Assembly (NCBI GenBank): GCA_000004985.1 | Contig: GG739111.1 | Source: Naegleria gruberi | Lineage: Eukaryota | Length of the DNA: 6,848 nucleotides | Strand: one strand, 5' to 3' | In this document: piece by piece, positions 1-6,753 of the stretch | Layout of the letters: each line of letters opens with the position of its first letter | Numbering within the stretch: the stretch's first letter is position 1 | Notes under the pieces: generated by a model | What the model was told of the DNA's origin: nothing | What the model saw: only the letters and a program-made list of their open reading frames with translations | Databases searched by the model: none | Made by a program: the position numbers and the translations under genes

Positions 1-324
1 AAGGAGCAATTATTGATAAGCTCATTTGTGGATCCACCAAATCAAACAGATGCTTCAAATGACAAACAAAAAAGACTTTTAGAGAGTTTGGCGAATCAAC
101 TTCAATTAATATCTTTTTCCTTGGCAAGTGTTATCCAAGATAGAGCAAGATGGATTGATAATGTTCTTGAAATACTAACAAATCTTATTACTGGTGAAAT
201 TGACAATCTCGATGAAGACCAACTCAATGACATTGTGAGAGGATTATGTAATAGATGGCACTTTGCCAGAGATAAGAAACTCATTGATGAGAATGGTTCT
301 GATGCTAGAGGAATAGGGCATTGA
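1..324 (+). CDS. 3' (C-terminal) fragment of an unidentified protein; the reading frame is open from base 1 and stops at TGA 322-324. The true start is upstream of the window. The window part reads KEQLLISSFVDPPNQTDASNDKQKRLLESLANQLQLISFSLASVIQDRARWIDNVLEILTNLITGEIDNLDEDQLNDIVRGLCNRWHFARDKKLIDENGSDARGIGH*
   Basis: Frame 1 is open from the first base. The track's 'start' at 13 is a TTG, not an ATG, so the ORF most likely continues upstream. The sequence looks helical and yeast-like in composition, and this is the longest ORF in the region. It is followed 224 bp later by a convergent gene. I do not recognise a family from the sequence alone. Confidence 0.5.
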   Translation, partial: KEQLLISSFVDPPNQTDASNDKQKRLLESLANQLQLISFSLASVIQDRARWIDNVLEILTNLITGEIDNLDEDQLNDIVRGLCNRWHFARDKKLIDENGSDARGIGH

Positions 325-369
325 AATAAATCCATTGAGAGCTTTGTAAACATTTATACTTTATTCCTC

Positions 370-417
370 ACAAGGTGATTAAAGATGAAACGATGGGCAG
401 AGGTAATTTCACCTTGT
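370..417. repeat. 9-bp perfect inverted repeat ACAAGGTGA ... TCACCTTGT with a 30-nt spacer, in the 224-bp tail-to-tail intergenic region. It could form a stem-loop in either 3' UTR.
   Basis: Read directly from the sequence: 370-378 ACAAGGTGA and 409-417 TCACCTTGT are exact reverse complements. The arms are relatively GC-rich in an AT-rich context. Confidence 0.5.
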
Positions 418-548
418 CAGTTTTACAAAGAAAATGAAAAATATAGGAACACGTCTGCAAAGAGATGAAAGCAGGCCAGTTTTGAATTTGTGGCACAACT
501 TTCAAAAGACTATCCTTGAAAAATCGTTTATATTGAGTGGATTCAATT

Positions 549-1112
549 TTATTCAACATGAAAAGTCCAAACTGGAAAGTGAAACTCCATCATTGATTGA
601 GCAGGATTTGAGGGAGCTGCATTCTTTCTCTTCTTATACTTTCGTCTTCTTGTTAAATGTTCCTGATTGGAAATATAACAACTGCTCGTTGTGGAATTAC
701 TGGATGATATGGAGCATGAAGAGGATTTTCTCTTCTTGCCTATTTTTTTGTATTTAGCTCTTTCACCTACAGGGTTGGTATCGGCCAATGGTTGTCCATT
801 ATTCGAATCTAAATTGTATGATGCAGTCAAGTTTGTACTGAATGTTTGATCACATAACATATTGTTCATAGAACCTTCCAAAGACCTTTCATCTTTGATT
901 TCAACAATTTGAATAGTTGGTGGTTTGGCATTCGAATATTGAGTTTCTTCTCTTGCAACTTTCAATAACAACTCCCAACTTTGCATGATATCATCAACAT
1001 CTAACTTTAAACAACATTCTTCTCCTGAGCTCAGTATAACGTTATCATTGATTTTGGGTGAGAATCTATGGGAATAATCATTCATCCGACATGTGGCAGA
1101 AACACTTGACAT
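549..1112 (-). CDS. Hypothetical protein of 187 aa. It is Ser-rich with two basic K/R clusters (KKIGKKRK and RRRKYKKRK) that look like NLSs.
   Basis: The track ORF 549..1199 begins at a non-ATG codon. The first ATG is at 1112..1110, in a good yeast Kozak context (ACAACAAAGATGT, A at -3). It reads MSSVSATCRMNDYSHRFSPKINDNVILSSGEECCLKLDVDDIMQSWELLLKVAREE... and ends ...PVWTFHVE*. It is the longest ORF across 549-1199 and the overlapping ORFs are shorter. I found no recognisable domain by eye. Confidence 0.45.
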   Translation of the reverse strand: MSSVSATCRMNDYSHRFSPKINDNVILSSGEECCLKLDVDDIMQSWELLLKVAREETQYSNAKPPTIQIVEIKDERSLEGSMNNMLCDQTFSTNLTASYNLDSNNGQPLADTNPVGERAKYKKIGKKRKSSSCSISSSNSTTSSCYISNQEHLTRRRKYKKRKNAAPSNPAQSMMEFHFPVWTFHVE

Positions 1113-2290
1113 CTTTGTTGTTAATTTTCTTTTTAATTGTATTATGCAACACGTTTTCAAGGTAAGAGAATCAAACCAAAAAGAAAGAGAATCCACCACT
1201 ACAATTTTGTCCAGTACACTTCCTTTCGTATTTTAAATGTTCCAATAGTTTAGAACGACATCATAACATTATCTGAAACGGCAGTACTAATTGTACATAG
1301 TTGTTCATACACCACCAAAAAGTCAATCAGGATTCTCTCGATGTTTAGTGCGAAATGGGTAAATAAAACTCCATGAAAATCAATAAGTTCTAAACTGTTT
1401 ATAAAATACTGTTTTGAGATGTCAAAGCTGATGTTGCTATGGAGAAAACTGTTCTTTGACGTTGTTTGATTGGGTTGGCAAAGAAGCATCGAGTGATTTT
1501 GCATGAAAGCGACAAGAGCTGAGTGGAGTCCATTGTTTACATTTGACAAGATTTGGATTTGAGAAATGATATTCTACTTGTGTTGAGATATTCATAATTT
1601 TGTAATCATGTTAAAAGAGTAGTGATTTTAGTGATTTGTTGATGCCTATATGATGGCAATTAAACAAATATTCGAAAGTCCTTGATGATTAGTGGAGGAC
1701 TAGAGTAATTGGCGCAGATTTCATTTCGTTTTGATTAGTCCAATTCAGAGAACGTACATGGAGCCTTATTCTTTTTTAATACATCGTATTGATGAACCCC
1801 AACTAGTATTTATATGAAATACATCAATTTGACTGACTCAATGTTTCTAATGAAACTTACCAACTTGTTAAATTATGACAAATGTTTTTGATTTTCATAC
1901 TACACAATAATTTTTTTCAGTGCTCTTTGAAATTCATTAACCAAATTGAGAATACATACAACAGTACCTTGAATCCTCACTTAATACTCAATAACAATGT
2001 TATCCTTTTGGGACAAATAAACCTAGGTCTTTCTTTTCAAGAAATAATAAGGGTTGACTATCATTGCCTCTAACGCTATCCGTAATCATCGGAATAATTA
2101 TAGTTCTTGCAATAGACTTTAATGTTGTAAAAGAAAGAAGGAAAACCAAATCAAAAGCAATAATTTGTGCTTATTGTTACATCCAAAAGTTTAGTAAAAA
2201 CACAAATGTTTTTGTTTCTGCAAAAAAGCCTTTAAAAAACCATGTCGAGCCCGCTCTCGATTTCAAAAATAAAAATAAATTTTAAAAAAA
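1113..2290. promoter_or_regulatory. Divergent intergenic region holding the promoters and 5' UTRs of the minus-strand gene (549..1112) and the plus-strand SMT3 gene.
   Basis: The region lies between two ATGs that point away from each other. It is AT-rich and contains no convincing ORF. The sequence immediately upstream of SMT3 is A-rich (AAATTTTAAAAAAAATG). I saw no canonical TATAAA. Confidence 0.35.
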
Positions 2291-2365
2291 ATGAGCGAAG
2301 ATACCAAAGACATTAAAGCTGAAGGAAAGGGTGAACAACACATTAACATCAAGGTTGTGAGTCAA
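2291..2365 (+). CDS. SMT3: SUMO (Smt3) exon 1, 25 codons: MSEDTKDIKAEGKGEQHINIKVVSQ
   Basis: ATG at 2291 sits in an A-rich Kozak context. The exon ends before a GTAAGT donor at 2366-2371. The motif HINIKV(V) matches the Smt3/SUMO N-terminal beta-strand (yeast HINLKVSDG, human SUMO1 YIKLKVIGQD). Confidence 0.88.
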
Positions 2366-2466
2366 GTAAGTAGTAATAGCAAGGTGCAATCATCAGGAGG
2401 CTAACTATTTTTTTTATTATTTTTTTAATATATTTTCCCTTTATTTTTTTAATATATTTAAAATAG
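2366..2466 (+). other. SMT3: Spliceosomal intron of SMT3, 101 nt, phase 0.
   Basis: 5' GTAAGT at 2366. There is a CTAAC branch-like element at 2401-2405 (GGAGGCTAACT). The polypyrimidine/AT tract ends at the TAG acceptor 2464-2466. Unspliced read-through would hit TAA after 'SSGG'. Confidence 0.85.
2417..2459 (+). repeat. Direct repeat of a 19-nt AT-rich unit (TTATTTTTTTAATATATTT) occurring twice with a 24-nt period inside the SMT3 intron, just upstream of the 3' splice site.
   Basis: 2417-2435 and 2441-2459 are identical 19-mers separated by TCCCT. Confidence 0.6.
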
Positions 2467-2679
2467 GATGGTGTTGAAGTTTTCTTCAAGATTAAGAGAT
2501 CAACCCCTTTGAAGAAGTTGATGGATGCCTATTGCAAGAGACAAGGTCTTTCTCCAGCTTCCGTTAGATTTGTTTTTGACGGAAACAGAGTCACTGGTAC
2601 CGAAACTGCTGATCAACTTGAAATGGATGACCAAGACGTTATTGATGTTTTGGTTGAACAAACTGGTGGTTCATTCTAA
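2467..2679 (+). CDS. SMT3: SUMO (Smt3) exon 2: [68 protein letters not shown]|SF* (stop TAA at 2677-2679). The mature protein ends at the GG and the C-terminal SF is the Ulp-cleaved tail.
   Basis: There is block-for-block identity to S. cerevisiae Smt3 ([65 protein letters not shown]), including the di-glycine processing site. The spliced protein is 95 aa. Confidence 0.92.
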   Translation, partial: DGVEVFFKIKRSTPLKKLMDAYCKRQGLSPASVRFVFDGNRVTGTETADQLEMDDQDVIDVLVEQTGGSF

Positions 2680-3072
2680 ATTATTAAAAACTAAGAATTT
2701 AAAATTGTAATACAATTTACTATCTTTTCATTATCTATTATTTTAATGCTAGTCCGAAGCCTTTTTTGATGAAGAGTGAAACTTTGGAATTCCAACAAGC
2801 AAATTTGTTTGTGATTTCCTCACCAATTATGATACAAATAATTTCTATGAATTAATTCTCTTCTTTTAACACCAATCATTGGGGAAAGATATCTTTTAAT
2901 ATCTGAAATACCTTATGCTAGGTCCAAATAATGAACATTCTTAAATCAGAAATAGTTGATAAAAGGAAATTTGCAAGTTCCAAGTTTTTTGAGCTTAAGG
3001 CCATCCAACCTGACTCTACATTTTCATGAATCCACATTTCGCTGTTTATCATAATTTAACTAATTAGGTTTA

Positions 3073-3508
3073 CTAATGGATACTATAATTATCCAAATAG
3101 CTGTACCTACAAGCGAAAGGAACGACAACAAAGATCTGATTTTTCTCATCATATGCAATCGTTCCATTCCTTGATTCGTATACTTTTGGAAAGGTCAATC
3201 CAAAAAGCTCAATATCAAGTTCTGAAATCTCCTGTTCGAACCAAGTCTGAAAAGGAGTCTCCAAACAAAGAAACCTACCCACCTCTCCTATACTATCATC
3301 CTCATGTTTTTCGAAAGTTGTACATCGCTCATACATCAAAGATTGAGATTTAAATTCGGCTTTGAAGGATTTAAACTTGTCCAAGTAATGCAAGAGAAAT
3401 TCGCCATCGTAGAGAGAAGTTGAGTAGACATTATTTCGAACGGTGACCCTTTTTGGCTCCTTATCACTTGTTTTCCATTTTGCTTTCGAATAGTCTATTA
3501 AATAGTGA
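3073..3508 (-). CDS. C-terminal fragment (~145 aa) of a gap-interrupted minus-strand gene: ...HYLIDYSKAKWKTSDKEPKRVTVRNNVYSTSLYDGEFLLHYLDKFKSFKAEFKSQSLMYERCTTFEKHEDDSIGEVGRFLCLETPFQTWFEQEISELDIELFGLTFPKVYESRNGTIAYDEKNQIFVVVPFACRYSYLDNYSIH* (stop TAG as the reverse complement of 3073-3075).
   Basis: Translated by hand, the minus-strand frame is open without a stop from the gap edge (3508) down to 3073. The track reports only 3073..3393 because it begins at an internal TTG. There is no ATG near the 5' end of this stretch, so it reads as the continuation of a CDS entering from the gap. This is most simply the same gene as 4873..5675. Confidence 0.55.
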
Positions 3509-4872
3509 NNNNNNNNNNNNNNNNNNNNNNNNNNNNNNNNNNNNNNNNNNNNNNNNNNNNNNNNNNNNNNNNNNNNNNNNNNNNNNNNNNNNNNNNNNNN
3601 NNNNNNNNNNNNNNNNNNNNNNNNNNNNNNNNNNNNNNNNNNNNNNNNNNNNNNNNNNNNNNNNNNNNNNNNNNNNNNNNNNNNNNNNNNNNNNNNNNNN
3701 NNNNNNNNNNNNNNNNNNNNNNNNNNNNNNNNNNNNNNNNNNNNNNNNNNNNNNNNNNNNNNNNNNNNNNNNNNNNNNNNNNNNNNNNNNNNNNNNNNNN
3801 NNNNNNNNNNNNNNNNNNNNNNNNNNNNNNNNNNNNNNNNNNNNNNNNNNNNNNNNNNNNNNNNNNNNNNNNNNNNNNNNNNNNNNNNNNNNNNNNNNNN
3901 NNNNNNNNNNNNNNNNNNNNNNNNNNNNNNNNNNNNNNNNNNNNNNNNNNNNNNNNNNNNNNNNNNNNNNNNNNNNNNNNNNNNNNNNNNNNNNNNNNNN
4001 NNNNNNNNNNNNNNNNNNNNNNNNNNNNNNNNNNNNNNNNNNNNNNNNNNNNNNNNNNNNNNNNNNNNNNNNNNNNNNNNNNNNNNNNNNNNNNNNNNNN
4101 NNNNNNNNNNNNNNNNNNNNNNNNNNNNNNNNNNNNNNNNNNNNNNNNNNNNNNNNNNNNNNNNNNNNNNNNNNNNNNNNNNNNNNNNNNNNNNNNNNNN
4201 NNNNNNNNNNNNNNNNNNNNNNNNNNNNNNNNNNNNNNNNNNNNNNNNNNNNNNNNNNNNNNNNNNNNNNNNNNNNNNNNNNNNNNNNNNNNNNNNNNNN
4301 NNNNNNNNNNNNNNNNNNNNNNNNNNNNNNNNNNNNNNNNNNNNNNNNNNNNNNNNNNNNNNNNNNNNNNNNNNNNNNNNNNNNNNNNNNNNNNNNNNNN
4401 NNNNNNNNNNNNNNNNNNNNNNNNNNNNNNNNNNNNNNNNNNNNNNNNNNNNNNNNNNNNNNNNNNNNNNNNNNNNNNNNNNNNNNNNNNNNNNNNNNNN
4501 NNNNNNNNNNNNNNNNNNNNNNNNNNNNNNNNNNNNNNNNNNNNNNNNNNNNNNNNNNNNNNNNNNNNNNNNNNNNNNNNNNNNNNNNNNNNNNNNNNNN
4601 NNNNNNNNNNNNNNNNNNNNNNNNNNNNNNNNNNNNNNNNNNNNNNNNNNNNNNNNNNNNNNNNNNNNNNNNNNNNNNNNNNNNNNNNNNNNNNNNNNNN
4701 NNNNNNNNNNNNNNNNNNNNNNNNNNNNNNNNNNNNNNNNNNNNNNNNNNNNNNNNNNNNNNNNNNNNNNNNNNNNNNNNNNNNNNNNNNNNNNNNNNNN
4801 NNNNNNNNNNNNNNNNNNNNNNNNNNNNNNNNNNNNNNNNNNNNNNNNNNNNNNNNNNNNNNNNNNNNNNNN
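3509..4872. other. Assembly/scaffold gap: 1364 consecutive N. True length and content are unknown.
   Basis: The N-run is seen directly in the sequence. All 'XXXX' ORFs in the track (3453..4877 +, 3505..4881 +, and the middle of 3498..5690 -) are artefacts of translating N. Confidence 0.99.
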
Positions 4873-5675
4873 CTTGATTGAGTATTAATTAACGAAATGT
4901 TATTCGAATGTTGGGTAAAATTATGCATTATTTCAGAGTTCATTAATTCTTGTAAAGTCAATGAGCTGTTATGGAAATGTGCTGAAGTAGTGTTTTGAGA
5001 AGTTTGGGCGGGTTGAGGCAAAACTTGCTGTTGTTGGGGTGGTGTGATCGATTTTCTAGAAGAATCCTCACTACTTTCAGATAATTTCGAATAAACTTGA
5101 AAGGTTTCCTTTTTGATAAAGCTTTCAGATGATGCAGAAGTGTTGCATGATTGTTGATCATGTGATGAATCTTGAGATGTTGTTTCTGATGGAATTATTT
5201 TAAAGGTTGTCACTTCATTAGACGAAACTCTGTCCATCTCAAAGTAATTCTTTAAAAGCTGATCGTTTTGAAGTGGTTTTCTCAGTCGTGTTGATTTCTT
5301 TCTTTTCCTTTTCGAAATTTTGTCTCGAGTTCTATTAGTTTCGTCTATTATTGAAACTCTTCTGTTTGAAGAAGTTTCGGATGGTTTTGCATTAGTTACT
5401 TGTTGTTGATGAGTTTCACCTGTTTGGTGTTGATTAAGATCATGTCGATTCATTGTTTTTGGCTGGTTAGTGTCGGCACTCCATTGAATAGTTTCGTATT
5501 TTTGAAATTCATTTCTTCTTTCCTGTTGCAAGCTACTTTGAGGGTCTGTTGTTTGAACAGACATTACACGATTGTACTCTTCCTGACTAGTATTCGAATC
5601 TACAGAGAAATCAGACGAATGAACATCCTTCTCCTCTCTATCCATTCTTTTTTGAAGCAAGCACACAAGATTCAT
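4873..5675 (-). CDS. N-terminal fragment (~267 aa) of a large low-complexity nuclear protein that runs into the assembly gap. It is S/T/Q/N-rich, carries a strong basic NLS-like block (KISKRKRKKSTRLRK) and a Gln-rich tract (PPQQQQVLPQPAQ). It is a putative transcriptional regulator.
   Basis: The minus-strand frame is open from the gap edge to 5690, where the track 'start' is a TTG. In-frame ATGs lie at 5675..5673 (MNLVCLLQKRMDREEK...) and 5645..5643 (MDREEKDVHSSDF...). The second has the better Kozak context (CAAAAAAGAATGG). Composition is typical of fungal transcription regulators, but I recognise no specific domain. Confidence 0.55.
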
Positions 5676-6607
5676 GGAGAGAGAACACAAACAACAACTT
5701 GTTTTGATTCTTTTTTGATTTATTTTGTAAAGTTATTTGTTATTCGAATGAAGTAACAAACTGTAATGTTCGTTCAATTGCATTATCAAGGTAATGTTTG
5801 GAAGGTTGTAACATAAAAGACTTGCCCTAAGTGACATGATCAGTCGAAGCGTGATATATTCTATCAATTGTGGTTCGGTAGCTAAAAGCTGTTAGCTCTC
5901 ACCCCCAAAAAGGTCAAACACAATTACGACATTATTTGCAAATGGAATACATGTATCGAATAAAAAGTGTTTCGCTATGAACTTGAACGAAAAGGCCATT
6001 AATGATAATGTCTGATAGCATTGAACTGCTTGAGGTTCATTTTTAATCAAAAATGGCCATTACTAATTTGTATTTGAATCAATCAGTTCTCTCGTTTCTT
6101 GTTTACAAATTGGAGATTCTTATATTGGATATTCCAATGTTAGTTGTTCACATTAGTGAAGTTGTTTAATTATTGTCTAAAAGTGATCCAGAATTATTAT
6201 TATTAGCACAGGAAGTCTCAAACGATATTGAATTCTTATTGAAAGACATCATCACATCTCTCATCTTTACAATAAAATCTCAATAAATCTCAATACTGAA
6301 CAAAACAACAATTTTCAATGTTCAAGTATAGAACTTTTGCTTACTACCCACATCAAACTGACTCACTACTTGAACTCAATTCCAATTTGTGCGACATTAG
6401 AGCGGAGCTCAACTCGAGATTAAATCCAGACACATTGAGCAACACATGTGTTTCACACACCACTACAACATACAACATCAAAACAAATAGCTAAACATCA
6501 TCTCTCTCTTAGAAGAAGTGCACCTTTGAATTTCTCTGTGCAATTCCGCGAGTTAAATACAACAAGACAATAATTAAATACTTTTTACTATTTATTCCAA
6601 ATAGAAA
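5676..6607. promoter_or_regulatory. Divergent intergenic/promoter region between the minus-strand regulator-like gene and the plus-strand oxidoreductase gene. It includes CA/CT-rich tracts (6440-6530) typical of yeast 5' leaders.
   Basis: There is no credible ORF in the region and it is flanked by two outward-facing ATGs. An A-rich leader runs immediately before ATG 6608 (CCAAATAGAAAATGC). Confidence 0.35.
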
Positions 6608-6659
6608 ATGCCTAGAATTGGTATTGTAGGAGGTGGCCCAGGAGGACTTTCAACTGCCA
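6608..6659 (+). CDS. Exon 1 (52 nt) of an FAD/NAD(P)-binding oxidoreductase: [17 protein letters not shown] + 1 nt (phase 1).
   Basis: ATG at 6608 has A at -3. A canonical yeast donor GTATGT sits at 6660-6665. Without splicing the frame terminates (..ASMFYFDFY*). The GxGxxG dinucleotide-binding motif begins in this exon. Confidence 0.6.
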
Positions 6660-6753
6660 GTATGTTTTATTTTGATTTTTATTAATGTGTTTAAATACAA
6701 TATTTTTTGTAAACTATTTACAAACTATTGAAATACACTATTGAAATAATTAG
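6660..6753 (+). other. 94-nt intron of the oxidoreductase gene.
   Basis: GTATGT donor at 6660. Of the three AGs in the 3' part of the intron (6752-53, 6765-66, 6769-70), only the TAG at 6751-6753 restores an open frame that completes the Rossmann motif. The other two hit TAA or TGA within 6 codons. The interior is AT-rich. Confidence 0.55.

Noticed and set aside
102-757. Overlapping small ORFs 102..353 (-), 368..559 (-) and 434..757 (+).
   Set aside because: They are antisense to, or overlap, better-supported CDSs (1..324 + and 549..1112 -). They have hydrophobic or low-complexity composition and no good start context.
1882-2285. Plus-strand ORFs 1882..2073 (63 aa) and 2064..2285 (73 aa) just upstream of SMT3.
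   Set aside because: The 2064 ORF has no in-frame ATG at all (TTG start only). Both are AT-rich, low-complexity, and sit in the SMT3 promoter/5' leader.
2357-2362. GTGAGT at 2357 as the primary SMT3 donor.
   Set aside because: It is in frame and possible, but it would remove the conserved (V)SQ residues before DG. The GTAAGT donor at 2366 matches SUMO family spacing better. It is kept as an alternative in the findings.
2525-2710. 61-aa ORF 2525..2710 (+).
   Set aside because: It is in the wrong frame relative to SMT3 exon 2, which occupies the same bases with a clear SUMO translation.
3153-3353. 66-aa plus-strand ORF inside the minus-strand C-terminal CDS fragment.
   Set aside because: It is antisense to a longer, better-supported open frame and has no distinguishing features.
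3453-4881. Long plus-strand ORFs of 474 and 458 aa (3453..4877, 3505..4881) and the 730-aa minus ORF 3498..5690, all made mostly of 'X'.
   Set aside because: They are produced by translating the 1364-N assembly gap. Only the real-sequence flanks carry information. On the minus strand the flank at 4873-5675 is a genuine CDS fragment. The track's 3498..3508 tail (..TI*) is in a different frame from the genuine 3' CDS fragment (3073..3508).
4898-5750. 13-mer TGTTATTCGAATG occurring twice (4898-4910 and 5738-5750), on the two sides of the regulator-like gene's N-terminal fragment.
   Set aside because: A single 13-nt match in 6.8 kb of AT-biased sequence is within chance expectation. There is no extended flanking similarity and no terminal-repeat structure that would suggest a mobile element.
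4958-5756. ORFs 4958..5161 (-) and 5400..5756 (+) overlapping the regulator-like gene.
   Set aside because: They are alternative-frame or antisense overlaps of the longer minus-strand CDS. The plus one is hydrophobic, low-complexity and extends into the promoter.
5870-5910. tRNA-like fragments (GGTTCGGTAGC; hairpin GCTAA-AAGCTG-TTAGC).
   Set aside because: There is no GTTCGANTC T-loop with a flanking acceptor stem and no cloverleaf can be assembled. No tRNA is present on either strand of this window.
6001-6020. C-box-like ATGATAA and D-box CTGA about 10 nt apart (AATGATAATGTCTGATAGC), which might suggest a C/D snoRNA in the divergent intergenic region. TGATGA and CTGA pairs also occur near 1684/1836 and, on the minus strand, at 6254/6085.
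   Set aside because: No canonical RUGAUGA is present in the 6001-6020 motif. No convincing terminal stem pairs a C box with a D box 60-150 nt away, and no guide region can be evaluated. The motifs are short and expected by chance in AT-rich DNA.
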